64,000 bases of DNA from a virus. Its lineage: Duplodnaviria > Caudoviricetes. The notes beneath the pieces are model-generated. The model did no database searches. It was not told where the DNA came from and saw only the letters and a list, made by a program, of their open reading frames with translations. The translations under genes and the position numbers were made by a program. The stretch's first letter is position 1. Every line of letters starts with the position of its first letter. The stretch spans positions 96,001-160,000 of IMG/VR virus record IMGVR_UViG_3300049141_000098. One strand, written 5' to 3'. Shown one piece after another: positions 35,534 to 42,549 of this stretch.

Positions 35534-35872
35534 ATGGGTGCAGGTCACAACCTTCTGCACATCACGGTGGACAAAGAGGCAGTGCACGAGCGCTTCCCCG
35601 ATCTCGATGCCCGGATCGCCGACCACATCAAGCAGTGGCGCGACTCGGTCGAGCCGGGCACTACGGTCACCATCAACAAGATGATGAACTGCTCCAGCAC
35701 CTGTGGCTGCTCGGCCGACGGCCAGTCGACCAAGTGCACGGGCGCGGGGCACGGCATGCCAGCCGAGATCGTGTTGGGCTTGGTCTTCCCGCCCGATGGA
35801 GGCCCGTGCTCGATCGAGGGTGTGAAGGGCATCGCAGACACCACGCCGAAGCAGATCCAGCGCACCGCGTAA
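35534..35872 (+). CDS. hypothetical Cys-containing protein
   Basis: SD GAAAGGGG; GC3 bias. Confidence 0.65.
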   Translation: MGAGHNLLHITVDKEAVHERFPDLDARIADHIKQWRDSVEPGTTVTINKMMNCSSTCGCSADGQSTKCTGAGHGMPAEIVLGLVFPPDGGPCSIEGVKGIADTTPKQIQRTA

Positions 35873-35960
35873 CGAACGGGGATGCCCACGTGGTAGCCCT
35901 GTCATGAGAGTGATCCGTCCGCGATTTCGAGGCAGAGGGCATTCGAATCAAGGAGGGATC

Positions 35961-36128
35961 ATGACGGAGAACAAGCTGCGCCGTACGTGTTCGCACTGCG
36001 GAGTGGTCGGTGAAGTGGGCGTCGACATCTTCTGGATTACGGACCCCTACATTGAGGAGATTGAAGGCGAGGTCGTCAAGCAGTGACTTCACGAGCATTG
36101 TGCAGATGAAATCGCTGACGAGATCTAA
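35961..36128 (+). pseudogene. small Zn-finger-like gene interrupted by an in-frame TGA (pseudogene or readthrough)
   Basis: MTENKLRRTCSHCG...DPYIEEIEGEVVKQ*LHEHCADEIADEI; TGA 36084-36086; SD AAGGAGGG. Confidence 0.6.
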
Positions 36129-36170
36129 AACTCTCCACCGGGAAGGCCGCCCCGGAACATTAGCGGCCAT

Positions 36171-36243
36171 ACCCCCGTAGCTCAGCGGATAGAGCAGACG
36201 CCTTCTAAGCGTCGGGTCGCAGGTTCAAATCCTGTCGGGGGTG
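36171..36243 (+). tRNA. tRNA-Arg (TCT)
   Basis: ACCCCCG/CGGGGGT; GACGC CTTCTAA GCGTC. Confidence 0.93.
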
Positions 36244-36396
36244 CGACGGTGCACGGCTCGGACTCATACTCCGCCCCGTGTATGGAGGATCAGGTGGCGG
36301 TGGGAGGTCAGCCACTACCCCAGGATCCCCTGACCCCTGGAGGCGAGTGACCTCTCCCTCCGGGGGTTCCGGTAGAACGGAAGGAGAGGAGGAAGC

Positions 36397-36777
36397 GTGG
36401 GGTGCTCTCACAGGAGTGAGGGTTTGAACTTCACTCACCGCGACGTCCCCGAAGCCGTTGCCTACGCCAAGGGGAAGTACTACACGGACGGCGTGAAGCG
36501 ATTCTTGTACTACTGCGCCAGCTTGGAATGCTACGGCCGGGATGACAATATCCATGTCGGCAGGGGCAAGCTCAGCGGTAAACTGAATCGAAGGTTGAAC
36601 GTCGACTTGGTCAACTTCTACACGCACTGGGAAACGTTCGGCACAGGGGGAAAGAAGAGGGATCTCGTGGGACTCCAGACGCGCAGGCGTCGAGCACGAG
36701 TCCTCAAGCAGCTTCCCTATCTGAGGTGGGAAGATGACGGAGGGCCGTCGAGGATAGGGCCGAAACACAGCCCGTAG
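36397..36777 (+). CDS. hypothetical basic protein
   Basis: SD GGAGGAAG; ORF inside the tRNA array. Confidence 0.55.
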   Translation: MGCSHRSEGLNFTHRDVPEAVAYAKGKYYTDGVKRFLYYCASLECYGRDDNIHVGRGKLSGKLNRRLNVDLVNFYTHWETFGTGGKKRDLVGLQTRRRRARVLKQLPYLRWEDDGGPSRIGPKHSP

Positions 36778-36793
36778 GAAAACTCAATAGCGA

Positions 36794-36866
36794 GCATCCG
36801 TAGCTCAGTTGGTAGAGCGCCTGACTCTTAATCAGGCTGTCGCTGGTTCGAGACCAGCCGGATGCA
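36794..36866 (+). tRNA. tRNA-Lys (CTT)
   Basis: GCATCCG/CGGATGC; CCTGA CTCTTAA TCAGG. Confidence 0.93.
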
Positions 36867-36973
36867 CGGGGTGGTATGCACTGCGGCAGACTTCCCCTGC
36901 AAAAGACAAGATCCGCAATTCCGGTGAGCATCCGGGTTACACCTGCTCAGGGCTGGCATCCCTAACTGCCGTG

Positions 36974-37047
36974 GGGCCTGTAGCTCAGACAGTCAGAGCG
37001 CCGGAGTGAAATCCCGGAGGTCGGTGGTGCGAAACCATCCGGGCCCA
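36974..37047 (+). tRNA. tRNA-Phe (GAA), degenerate / possible pseudo-tRNA
   Basis: GGGCCTG/CGGGCCC; loop GTGAAAT; D-loop lacks GG and T-loop is TGCGAAA. Confidence 0.6.
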
Positions 37048-37050
37048 CAA

Positions 37051-37138
37051 GTCGGACGACGAGCCGCTAACGCTGATCTACTGTGACGGGTGGATCGCAG
37101 GCGAAGGCGGCCCCTGCGGGGAAGCGCCGTCGTCCGGC
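37051..37138 (+). ncRNA. candidate four-way-junction structured RNA
   Basis: 11-bp closing stem GTCGGACGACG/CGTCGTCCGGC with arms AGC/GCT, GATCTAC/GTGGATC, GCAGG/CCTGC. Confidence 0.5.
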
Positions 37139-37159
37139 TGTCAACAATTCCATATTCAA

Positions 37160-37231
37160 TCCCCGGTAGTTCAACTGGCAGAACACCGGCCTCTGGAGTC
37201 GGGAATCCTGGTTCAAATCCAGGCTGGGGAG
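37160..37231 (+). tRNA. tRNA-Gln (CTG)
   Basis: TCCCCGG/CTGGGGA; CCGGC CTCTGGA GTCGG. Confidence 0.92.
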
Positions 37232-37233
37232 CG

Positions 37234-37299
37234 GCCGGTAGCTCAGGTTCGAATCCTGGATCAGACTGCGGTCTGAGTAGTGTAGGGAAGCACGCCAGC
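37234..37299 (+). ncRNA. circularly permuted tRNA-like module 1 (no anticodon loop)
   Basis: GCCGG-TAGC-[TCAGG TTCGAAT CCTGG]-ATCAGAC TGCG GTCTGAG-TA-[GTG TAGGGAAG CAC]-G-CCAGC. Confidence 0.75.
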
Positions 37300-37301
37300 A
37301 A

Positions 37302-37369
37302 ATGGGAGGTCTGGGTTCGAGCCCCAGTCGCGGCTTCGGTCGTGATGGTGTAATTGGCAGCACGCTCAT
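37302..37369 (+). ncRNA. circularly permuted tRNA-like module 2 (no anticodon loop)
   Basis: ATGGG-AGGT-[CTGGG TTCGAGC CCCAG]-TCGCGGC TTCG GTCGTGA-TG-[GTG TAATTGGCAG CAC]-G-CTCAT. Confidence 0.8.
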
Positions 37370-37372
37370 CAA

Positions 37373-37445
37373 TCCTCGATAGCTCAATTGGCAGAGTACG
37401 GCACTGTTAATGCTGGGGTTACTGGTTCGAGTCCAGTTCGGGGAG
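37373..37445 (+). tRNA. tRNA-Asn (GTT)
   Basis: TCCTCGA/TCGGGGA; CGGCA CTGTTAA TGCTG. Confidence 0.92.
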
Positions 37446-37540
37446 CGAGGGAGCCTTCAGGCTCACCAGGGTCAAGCGGGCCCCTGACCGTTCGAGTCGG
37501 CAGAAAAGCCCGCCCAGAACCCTTCGGAAAGGGAACGAGA

Positions 37541-37735
37541 ATGGGTGAAAGGCTTGACCGGATCAAGCGGGTTATCAACCCGCCAGTCACTGCCGAGTGG
37601 ATCGACACGGTGGTAACGCAGCGCAGCGAACAGGCCGACGAGATCGAAGAATCGAAGGGCCCGAAGGCGGCGCAGCGGCATCGCGAGAAGACCGGCAGGA
37701 TGGTAGGGAAGATGTTGCGAAGAGGCGTCATCTGA
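37541..37735 (+). CDS. small hypothetical protein
   Basis: SD GGAAAGGG; 64 aa. Confidence 0.6.
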   Translation: MGERLDRIKRVINPPVTAEWIDTVVTQRSEQADEIEESKGPKAAQRHREKTGRMVGKMLRRGVI

Positions 37736-37742
37736 CCGACCC

Positions 37743-37860
37743 GGGCGGGTGCCAGAGCGGCCTATTGGACCGGACGCAATCCGGTTGATCCGTCTGAGCC
37801 TCGGCGTACGGCAACGAGGCTCGTCAGCGGTGATCGTGGGTTCAAATCCCACCCCGTCCA
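37743..37860 (+). ncRNA. tRNA-like RNA with a 5-nt anticodon loop and 51-nt variable arm
   Basis: GGGCGGG/CCCGTCC, CCA-GAGCGGCCTAT-TGG, CCGGA CGCAA TCCGG, long arm 37785-37835, GTGGG TTCAAAT CCCAC. Confidence 0.75.
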
Positions 37861-37995
37861 CAACGCTTGCGCCCAGGCGGAGCGATACAGCAGAGCAACA
37901 CGTGCTCGCCGTGTACGACTTGACGCATCTAGGGGACCCTCCTCTCCACTCTGCGAGAGGGTGGGGCCGACGGAAGCTGTGAACCTTCGGAAGGG

Positions 37996-38277
37996 ATGAA
38001 GAGGATGGACGCAGGGAGCCTGGACCGGCACATCACCGGGAACTGGGGAGAGGACTCTGTCGCACCGGAGTTCGTCGCAGCGCGAGAGCTGGGCGACTTC
38101 GAGGCGAGCGCCGAGGTCGTCATCGACGCCGCGCCGCAGACCGACGAGAAGTGCATCCCCGTGACGGTGGAGAAGGTGTCGATCACCTCCGGCATGGTGT
38201 ACGTGACGACGAAGGAGCTGGCCTGGCCCCTCGTCATCCCGGAGGATGACACCGTCTGGTTCGCCGACGAGAACTGA
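37996..38277 (+). CDS. hypothetical protein
   Basis: GC3 bias, SD GGAAGGG. Confidence 0.65.
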   Translation: MKRMDAGSLDRHITGNWGEDSVAPEFVAARELGDFEASAEVVIDAAPQTDEKCIPVTVEKVSITSGMVYVTTKELAWPLVIPEDDTVWFADEN

Positions 38278-38284
38278 TTCACCC

Positions 38285-38500
38285 GTGACTCACCTCAGTG
38301 AGGCCCTGGAGCGGCACCTCGCATCGACTCCGCGCCTTGCGGACGACCTGCCCGAACTGGTCGGGTCGCAAGAGCTGGCTGATGCCATGCTGCGCGGTCG
38401 GCATCAGGCGAATTTGTACGAGGCGACCTTGTTGGCGGCGTACTGCAAGACGTCGGTGAAGGATTTCTTCGAGCTGGACAGCACCAAGAAGGGAAACTGA
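38285..38500 (+). CDS. small XRE-like hypothetical protein
   Basis: ...ANLYEATLLAAYCKTSVKDFF resembles an XRE C-terminal helix. Confidence 0.45.
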   Translation: MTHLSEALERHLASTPRLADDLPELVGSQELADAMLRGRHQANLYEATLLAAYCKTSVKDFFELDSTKKGN

Positions 38501-38769
38501 TGGAGCAGGGCCGGATTACCGTCAAGGGATCAATCGAGTTTCGTGATGCGGCGATAGAGCTGTCCAAGAAGGGGAGCGAGGTGTACGCCAGCCTTGCCGG
38601 ATCCGCGAAGACGTACCGAATCCTCACCGGCACGATGAGTCGGGTCACCGTGGAGGATCTCTTCTCAGCAGACCACCCGCCAATCCTGATGGAGGACTTC
38701 GCCACAGCGCTCGTCATCGCGGACAAGAACGGCAAGGACGTGCCGACCATCGACGTCTTCACACCCTGA
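38500..38769 (+). CDS. hypothetical protein
   Basis: TGATG overlap. Confidence 0.6.
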   Translation: MEQGRITVKGSIEFRDAAIELSKKGSEVYASLAGSAKTYRILTGTMSRVTVEDLFSADHPPILMEDFATALVIADKNGKDVPTIDVFTP

Positions 38770-38783
38770 TCGGGGACGGGCCG

Positions 38784-39293
38784 GTGTACATTCCGCCGTC
38801 GTTGCGGCTCAAGGATCCGGCGCTGATCGAGCGATGGGAAAGGCTGGCTGTGTACGCGCGGGCAGTCCCGCCGCGACCCGCCATCATGCGCTACACCAAC
38901 TCGCTGCATCCCGAGTGGGTGCTGACGGGTCACCGCGCCAAGGGCATGGCTTCCGCAATCTTCTTCACCCGGGGCGAGGCTCACGACTTCGACGCCTTCG
39001 ACGAGGTGGAAGCGGGTGGAGAGTTTCACAGCGTGACCACCGAGTACAAGGTCAGCGAGAGAACCCCGTTCGTCATCCGCCGCGTCGATGCCACCCACCT
39101 GCGCGTAACCGAGGATGGCGACGATCTCGAACTGGCGTCAAACCAGAAGCAGGGTCTGGTAGGTCTCCTTCGATCCACACTGGGAGCCCAGAAGGCGGGG
39201 CTGCTCAAGCCTGACGCGCAGGAGCTGGACGAGCTGCTGGCGTTCCTGGAGCACGCCAGTGCAGACGTCGAAGAGGGTGTCCTCGGGCCGTAA
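38784..39293 (+). CDS. hypothetical protein
   Basis: GC3 bias. Confidence 0.65.
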   Translation: MYIPPSLRLKDPALIERWERLAVYARAVPPRPAIMRYTNSLHPEWVLTGHRAKGMASAIFFTRGEAHDFDAFDEVEAGGEFHSVTTEYKVSERTPFVIRRVDATHLRVTEDGDDLELASNQKQGLVGLLRSTLGAQKAGLLKPDAQELDELLAFLEHASADVEEGVLGP

Positions 39294-39363
39294 GACAGCC
39301 CGAGCGGAGAGCAGTACTGGCTGCCGGAAAGAGTCCGGCGGCTGACTTCGGAAAGGAAAAGAG

Positions 39364-39549
39364 ATGGGACGTTACGACGGCGGGCATGCGCCCGTGGACA
39401 GTTCGAGCTGGGACCAGCCGGTCAGCTCGATCAAGGACGGTGAACCCCACCCGGAGCCCGCCCGCAGCCGCAACGGCCAGCGTGAGGTCACTCCCGACCC
39501 GTACACCCAGGACAGCCCGCACGTGAAGCGGAACTTCGGGAAGCAGTAG
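39364..39549 (+). CDS. small hypothetical protein
   Basis: SD TTCGGAAAGG. Confidence 0.55.
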   Translation: MGRYDGGHAPVDSSSWDQPVSSIKDGEPHPEPARSRNGQREVTPDPYTQDSPHVKRNFGKQ

Positions 39550-39597
39550 CGCGCCGTAGCTGCACGGCCGGACGGCAATAGGCCGAAAACATCACAA

Positions 39598-39623
39598 CAG
39601 CCACCCTCGAAAGGGGGTGGCTG
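39598..39623 (+). terminator. hairpin
   Basis: CAGCCACCCTC GAAA GGGGGTGGCTG. Confidence 0.6.
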
Positions 39624-39683
39624 TTGGCGTATTACCAGGTAGATTCTCCTACCAGTAACACTGCGAACGTTCGGAGAACAGAC

Positions 39684-39890
39684 ATGCCTTTGGGCACCGT
39701 GAAGTGGTTCAACGCCGAAAAGGGCTACGGCTTCATCCAGCAGGACGACGGCGGTGCCGACGTCTTCGTGCACTACAGCGCCATCCAGATGGACGGATAC
39801 CGCGCCCTCGAAGAGGGACAGCGCGTCTCCTTCGAGACGCAGCGTGGACGGAAGGGCATCGAGGCACAGGGTGTGACCCCCGCGTCGTGA
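39684..39890 (+). CDS. cspA: cold-shock domain RNA chaperone
   Basis: [15 protein letters not shown]...[25 protein letters not shown] (RNP1/RNP2). Confidence 0.97.
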   Translation: MPLGTVKWFNAEKGYGFIQQDDGGADVFVHYSAIQMDGYRALEEGQRVSFETQRGRKGIEAQGVTPAS

Positions 39891-40465
39891 CCACGTACGC
39901 CCCGACGCGTGCGAGCTGGGACGACTGGGCCCTTGGCCTTGCATACGCCGCAGGGCCCGGTCCGACCGGCCGCGCAGACTGCACGAGAAGGCGCGTAGGT
40001 GCAGTCATCGTCGAACCTCAGCGTCATCGAGTCATAGGGCTCGGGTACAACGGCTCCGAGCCTGGCGGCCCGAGCTGCCTGAAGGGCGAATGCCCGAGGG
40101 GACGACACTTCCGGCAGGCTGAGCCGTACATGCGCGAGTGTGCCCATTGCGGAGACGATGACAGCTTCTGCTCCGATTGTCGTTACCTCTTCAAGTGTGC
40201 ATGCGGTAACGCATGGCCCTGCCCGGATTCAGTGCCACCTGGAAGCTCCTACGACACCGGGCCGGGGGCATGCATCAACGGCCACGCAGAGCAGAACGCG
40301 CAGGCGAACGTCACGGCGCCAGAGTGGCTGAAGGGCGCCACGCTGTACGTCACCGAGGAGCCCTGCGGGGGGTGCGTGCGGCAGATTCGGACCACCACTG
40401 AGATCGTGGCGATCGTATGGCCCCACGGGAGGCTCGACTTCGAGCGTCCAGGGCTGGACAAGTAG
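39887..40465 (+). CDS. dCMP deaminase family protein with Cys-rich insertion
   Basis: [12 protein letters not shown]...GYNG...HAEQNA...[11 protein letters not shown]. Confidence 0.9.
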   Translation: MTTYAPTRASWDDWALGLAYAAGPGPTGRADCTRRRVGAVIVEPQRHRVIGLGYNGSEPGGPSCLKGECPRGRHFRQAEPYMRECAHCGDDDSFCSDCRYLFKCACGNAWPCPDSVPPGSSYDTGPGACINGHAEQNAQANVTAPEWLKGATLYVTEEPCGGCVRQIRTTTEIVAIVWPHGRLDFERPGLDK

Positions 40466-40468
40466 ACA

Positions 40469-40498
40469 GAACGAGGGCCCTCCAGGGGACCCTCGTTC
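40469..40498 (+). terminator. hairpin
   Basis: GAACGAGGGCCC TCCA GGGGACCCTCGTTC. Confidence 0.6.
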
Positions 40499-40510
40499 CA
40501 TATCCACGTT

Positions 40511-40520
40511 GGCCTAGGCC
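40511..40520. promoter_or_regulatory. GGCCTAGGCC palindrome at the head of a gene run
   Basis: intergenic, followed by TACTCT -10-like hexamer. Confidence 0.55.
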
Positions 40521-40557
40521 GTGATACTCTCGAAGAGTCAACAGCCTTGCCAGCAAG

Positions 40558-41019
40558 GTGACTTCGGAAAGGGAAAGAGGCGTCGTGGACGCGATCGAAG
40601 TGAGCAGGAAGCTCCGGGAGAACGACAACGGTGAGCTGATCTTGTTCGTCGGGCCCGACTACCAGCGCATGCAGGTGCGGGCGCGCATGGCAGGTTTCCC
40701 AACCCGGCAGGCCAGCCGCACGGAAGACGTTCAGGCCCTCAAGGAAGAGATCGCCGCCAGCGGCAAGTCGCTCATCCTTCTCGCCTCCGCGCCGGAGGTG
40801 GAAGGGTCTCTCGACCGCAGTGCGTTCGCGGATCTCGCCCACCTCGCCTACGGCTCTGACCGAGTCGTCTACTTCGGCGTCGAGTCATCCGTCGTCATCC
40901 ATCCCCTGCCCGCCAGCACTCGACTGACAGCCCGCCATGGCGCTCTGCACGTGCATCAAGCCGTCGACACTGTCGCGCCCGGAGAGACGGTGGTCGGACT
41001 GTCGGTGAACCACCTGTGA
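40558..41019 (+). CDS. hypothetical protein
   Basis: GC3 bias; start uncertain (alternative 40584). Confidence 0.6.
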   Translation: MTSERERGVVDAIEVSRKLRENDNGELILFVGPDYQRMQVRARMAGFPTRQASRTEDVQALKEEIAASGKSLILLASAPEVEGSLDRSAFADLAHLAYGSDRVVYFGVESSVVIHPLPASTRLTARHGALHVHQAVDTVAPGETVVGLSVNHL

Positions 41020-41282
41020 GCGATCCGGGTATCAGCCCAGCCCAGGTGTCCGTCGTCCTCGACGCGATGATCCATGACTTCCAGGCCATGTTCCCCGGCA
41101 TCGGACGGGACACGGCCACGCTGTGCCTCATCACCATGAGCGAGGTCATGCGCGACTGCGGCGCCGCCAACGAAGCTGAGACTCTCTTCCTGAACCGCAT
41201 CGAGGAAGCCGAAGGCAGGCGAGAGGCTTGGGCTCTCGATGTACGACGAGCAGTGAAGAGCAAGGAAAGGGGAGGCTCGTGA
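41016..41282 (+). CDS. hypothetical protein
   Basis: GTGA overlap. Confidence 0.65.
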   Translation: MSDPGISPAQVSVVLDAMIHDFQAMFPGIGRDTATLCLITMSEVMRDCGAANEAETLFLNRIEEAEGRREAWALDVRRAVKSKERGGS

Positions 41283-41554
41283 CAGAGCCCATCGGGAACC
41301 CAAACTTCGACAGCGAGAAGGCCATGGAGGGGATTGACCAGATCCTCACCTCGATTGAGGACGGCTACGGTCTGACTCGCGATGAGGCTTTCCAGTGCCT
41401 CAAGGAGATGGCCCTCGCGCTCACGGAGTTCCGTCCAGGAGACCCAGGCTTGGAAGCCAGCTTCCACAATGGAGTCTTTGACTGCGTGAACGACTTCCAG
41501 ACCTGGGCGGAGAAGGTTGACCGGGCGATCCGGAGCTGGGGTGACGAGGCGTGA
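41279..41554 (+). CDS. hypothetical protein
   Basis: GTGA overlap, SD GGAGG. Confidence 0.65.
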   Translation: MTEPIGNPNFDSEKAMEGIDQILTSIEDGYGLTRDEAFQCLKEMALALTEFRPGDPGLEASFHNGVFDCVNDFQTWAEKVDRAIRSWGDEA

Positions 41555-42076
41555 GCGACATCCATGACCCCGACCGGTACATCGGCCGCTACGTCACCCT
41601 GGCCGAAGACGATGAGAGCGCCGCAGGGTTCCTGGTGGACGTGACTGACGACGTGAGGTACGAACCTCGGCCGGTTCGCTGGGTCGCTCTCGACTGGGGT
41701 CAGGGCTGGCCCGTCAGCGCCGACACCACGATCACCGTGGCGCCCGAGCCGCCCGTCGAGCCTGAGCCGGACAACGTGCAGAACCCGATCGACGTGATGC
41801 ATCGGGCGATGCATGCCGGGGGTGACTGCACCGAGGGCACGCACTGCATCAAGTCGACCTACGCCTACGCCGCGTTGCGGGCTTTCCGGGGGTGGCAGGA
41901 GAGGCAATCCGACCGGTACTGGGTCCATCACTATGTCGATCGCGTGAAGGCCAGCCCGGATGACGACAGTCTCGCTTCGAACCTCATCCGAGAAGCGAAG
42001 TCCGAAGGCGCCCCCCTCGCACATCATCGACCGCATGCAGTCCCTCGTGGACTGGCGCAAGAAGGAGCAGGCGTGA
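41551..42076 (+). CDS. hypothetical protein, apparent extra C in the C-run near 42011-42016
   Basis: alternative frame SHIIDRMQSLVDWRKKEQA* ends in a GTGA overlap at 42073; as written the frame fuses to the next gene. Confidence 0.5.
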
Positions 42077-42267
42077 ACGAGGTGTACCGCAGCAGGCGCC
42101 TTGCTGCGCGGGAGGCCGAGGTAGTGGCGGAGTTCCTTCATCCCACCACGGACGCCCCGATGGTGACCTGGTATCAGACAAGCACCATCGGTGGCGAGGA
42201 GCCGGAGTTCTACTCCGCCAGCAAGAAGGAGTTCTTGTCGTGGTTCGAGCTGAAGAGGCAGTCGTGA
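42073..42267 (+). CDS. hypothetical protein
   Basis: own SD AAGGAG and GTG. Confidence 0.55.
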   Translation: MNEVYRSRRLAAREAEVVAEFLHPTTDAPMVTWYQTSTIGGEEPEFYSASKKEFLSWFELKRQS

Positions 42268-42494
42268 AGGACATCCGCTGCATCGAGTGCGGCAAGGTGC
42301 CCGGCGAGATCGGTGAGTACATCGACGCAGGCCGTGAGAACGGCGTGACGCCAGAGCTGTACGTCGAGCAGGAGGAAGGGACGTACAACCCGGAGAACGG
42401 CCACTTCCTGTGCACCGACGACTTCATCGCGATGGAGATCCGCACGGGCCGCCGCCTCGTCGGCAACAACGGAAGAGCCTGGACGGCGCCGTAG
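42264..42494 (+). CDS. small Cys-containing hypothetical protein
   Basis: CIECGK...EEGTYNPENGHFLCT. Confidence 0.65.
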   Translation: MKDIRCIECGKVPGEIGEYIDAGRENGVTPELYVEQEEGTYNPENGHFLCTDDFIAMEIRTGRRLVGNNGRAWTAP

Positions 42495-42549
42495 GCAAGC
42501 AGAAGAGCAGGCGTTACGACCTGGTCAGTCAGGCGGAAAGGGGAGGGGC

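Noticed and set aside
37062-37074. Amber-suppressor (CTA) anticodon loop
   Set aside because: Only a 3-bp stem, no U33, and no T or D arm around it
37271-37334. Linear tRNA-Cys remnant spanning the two permuted units
   Set aside because: Acceptor (GTCTGAG vs TCGCGGC) and anticodon stems (CCAGC vs ATGGG) do not pair in the linear reading, whereas the permuted reading pairs nearly fully
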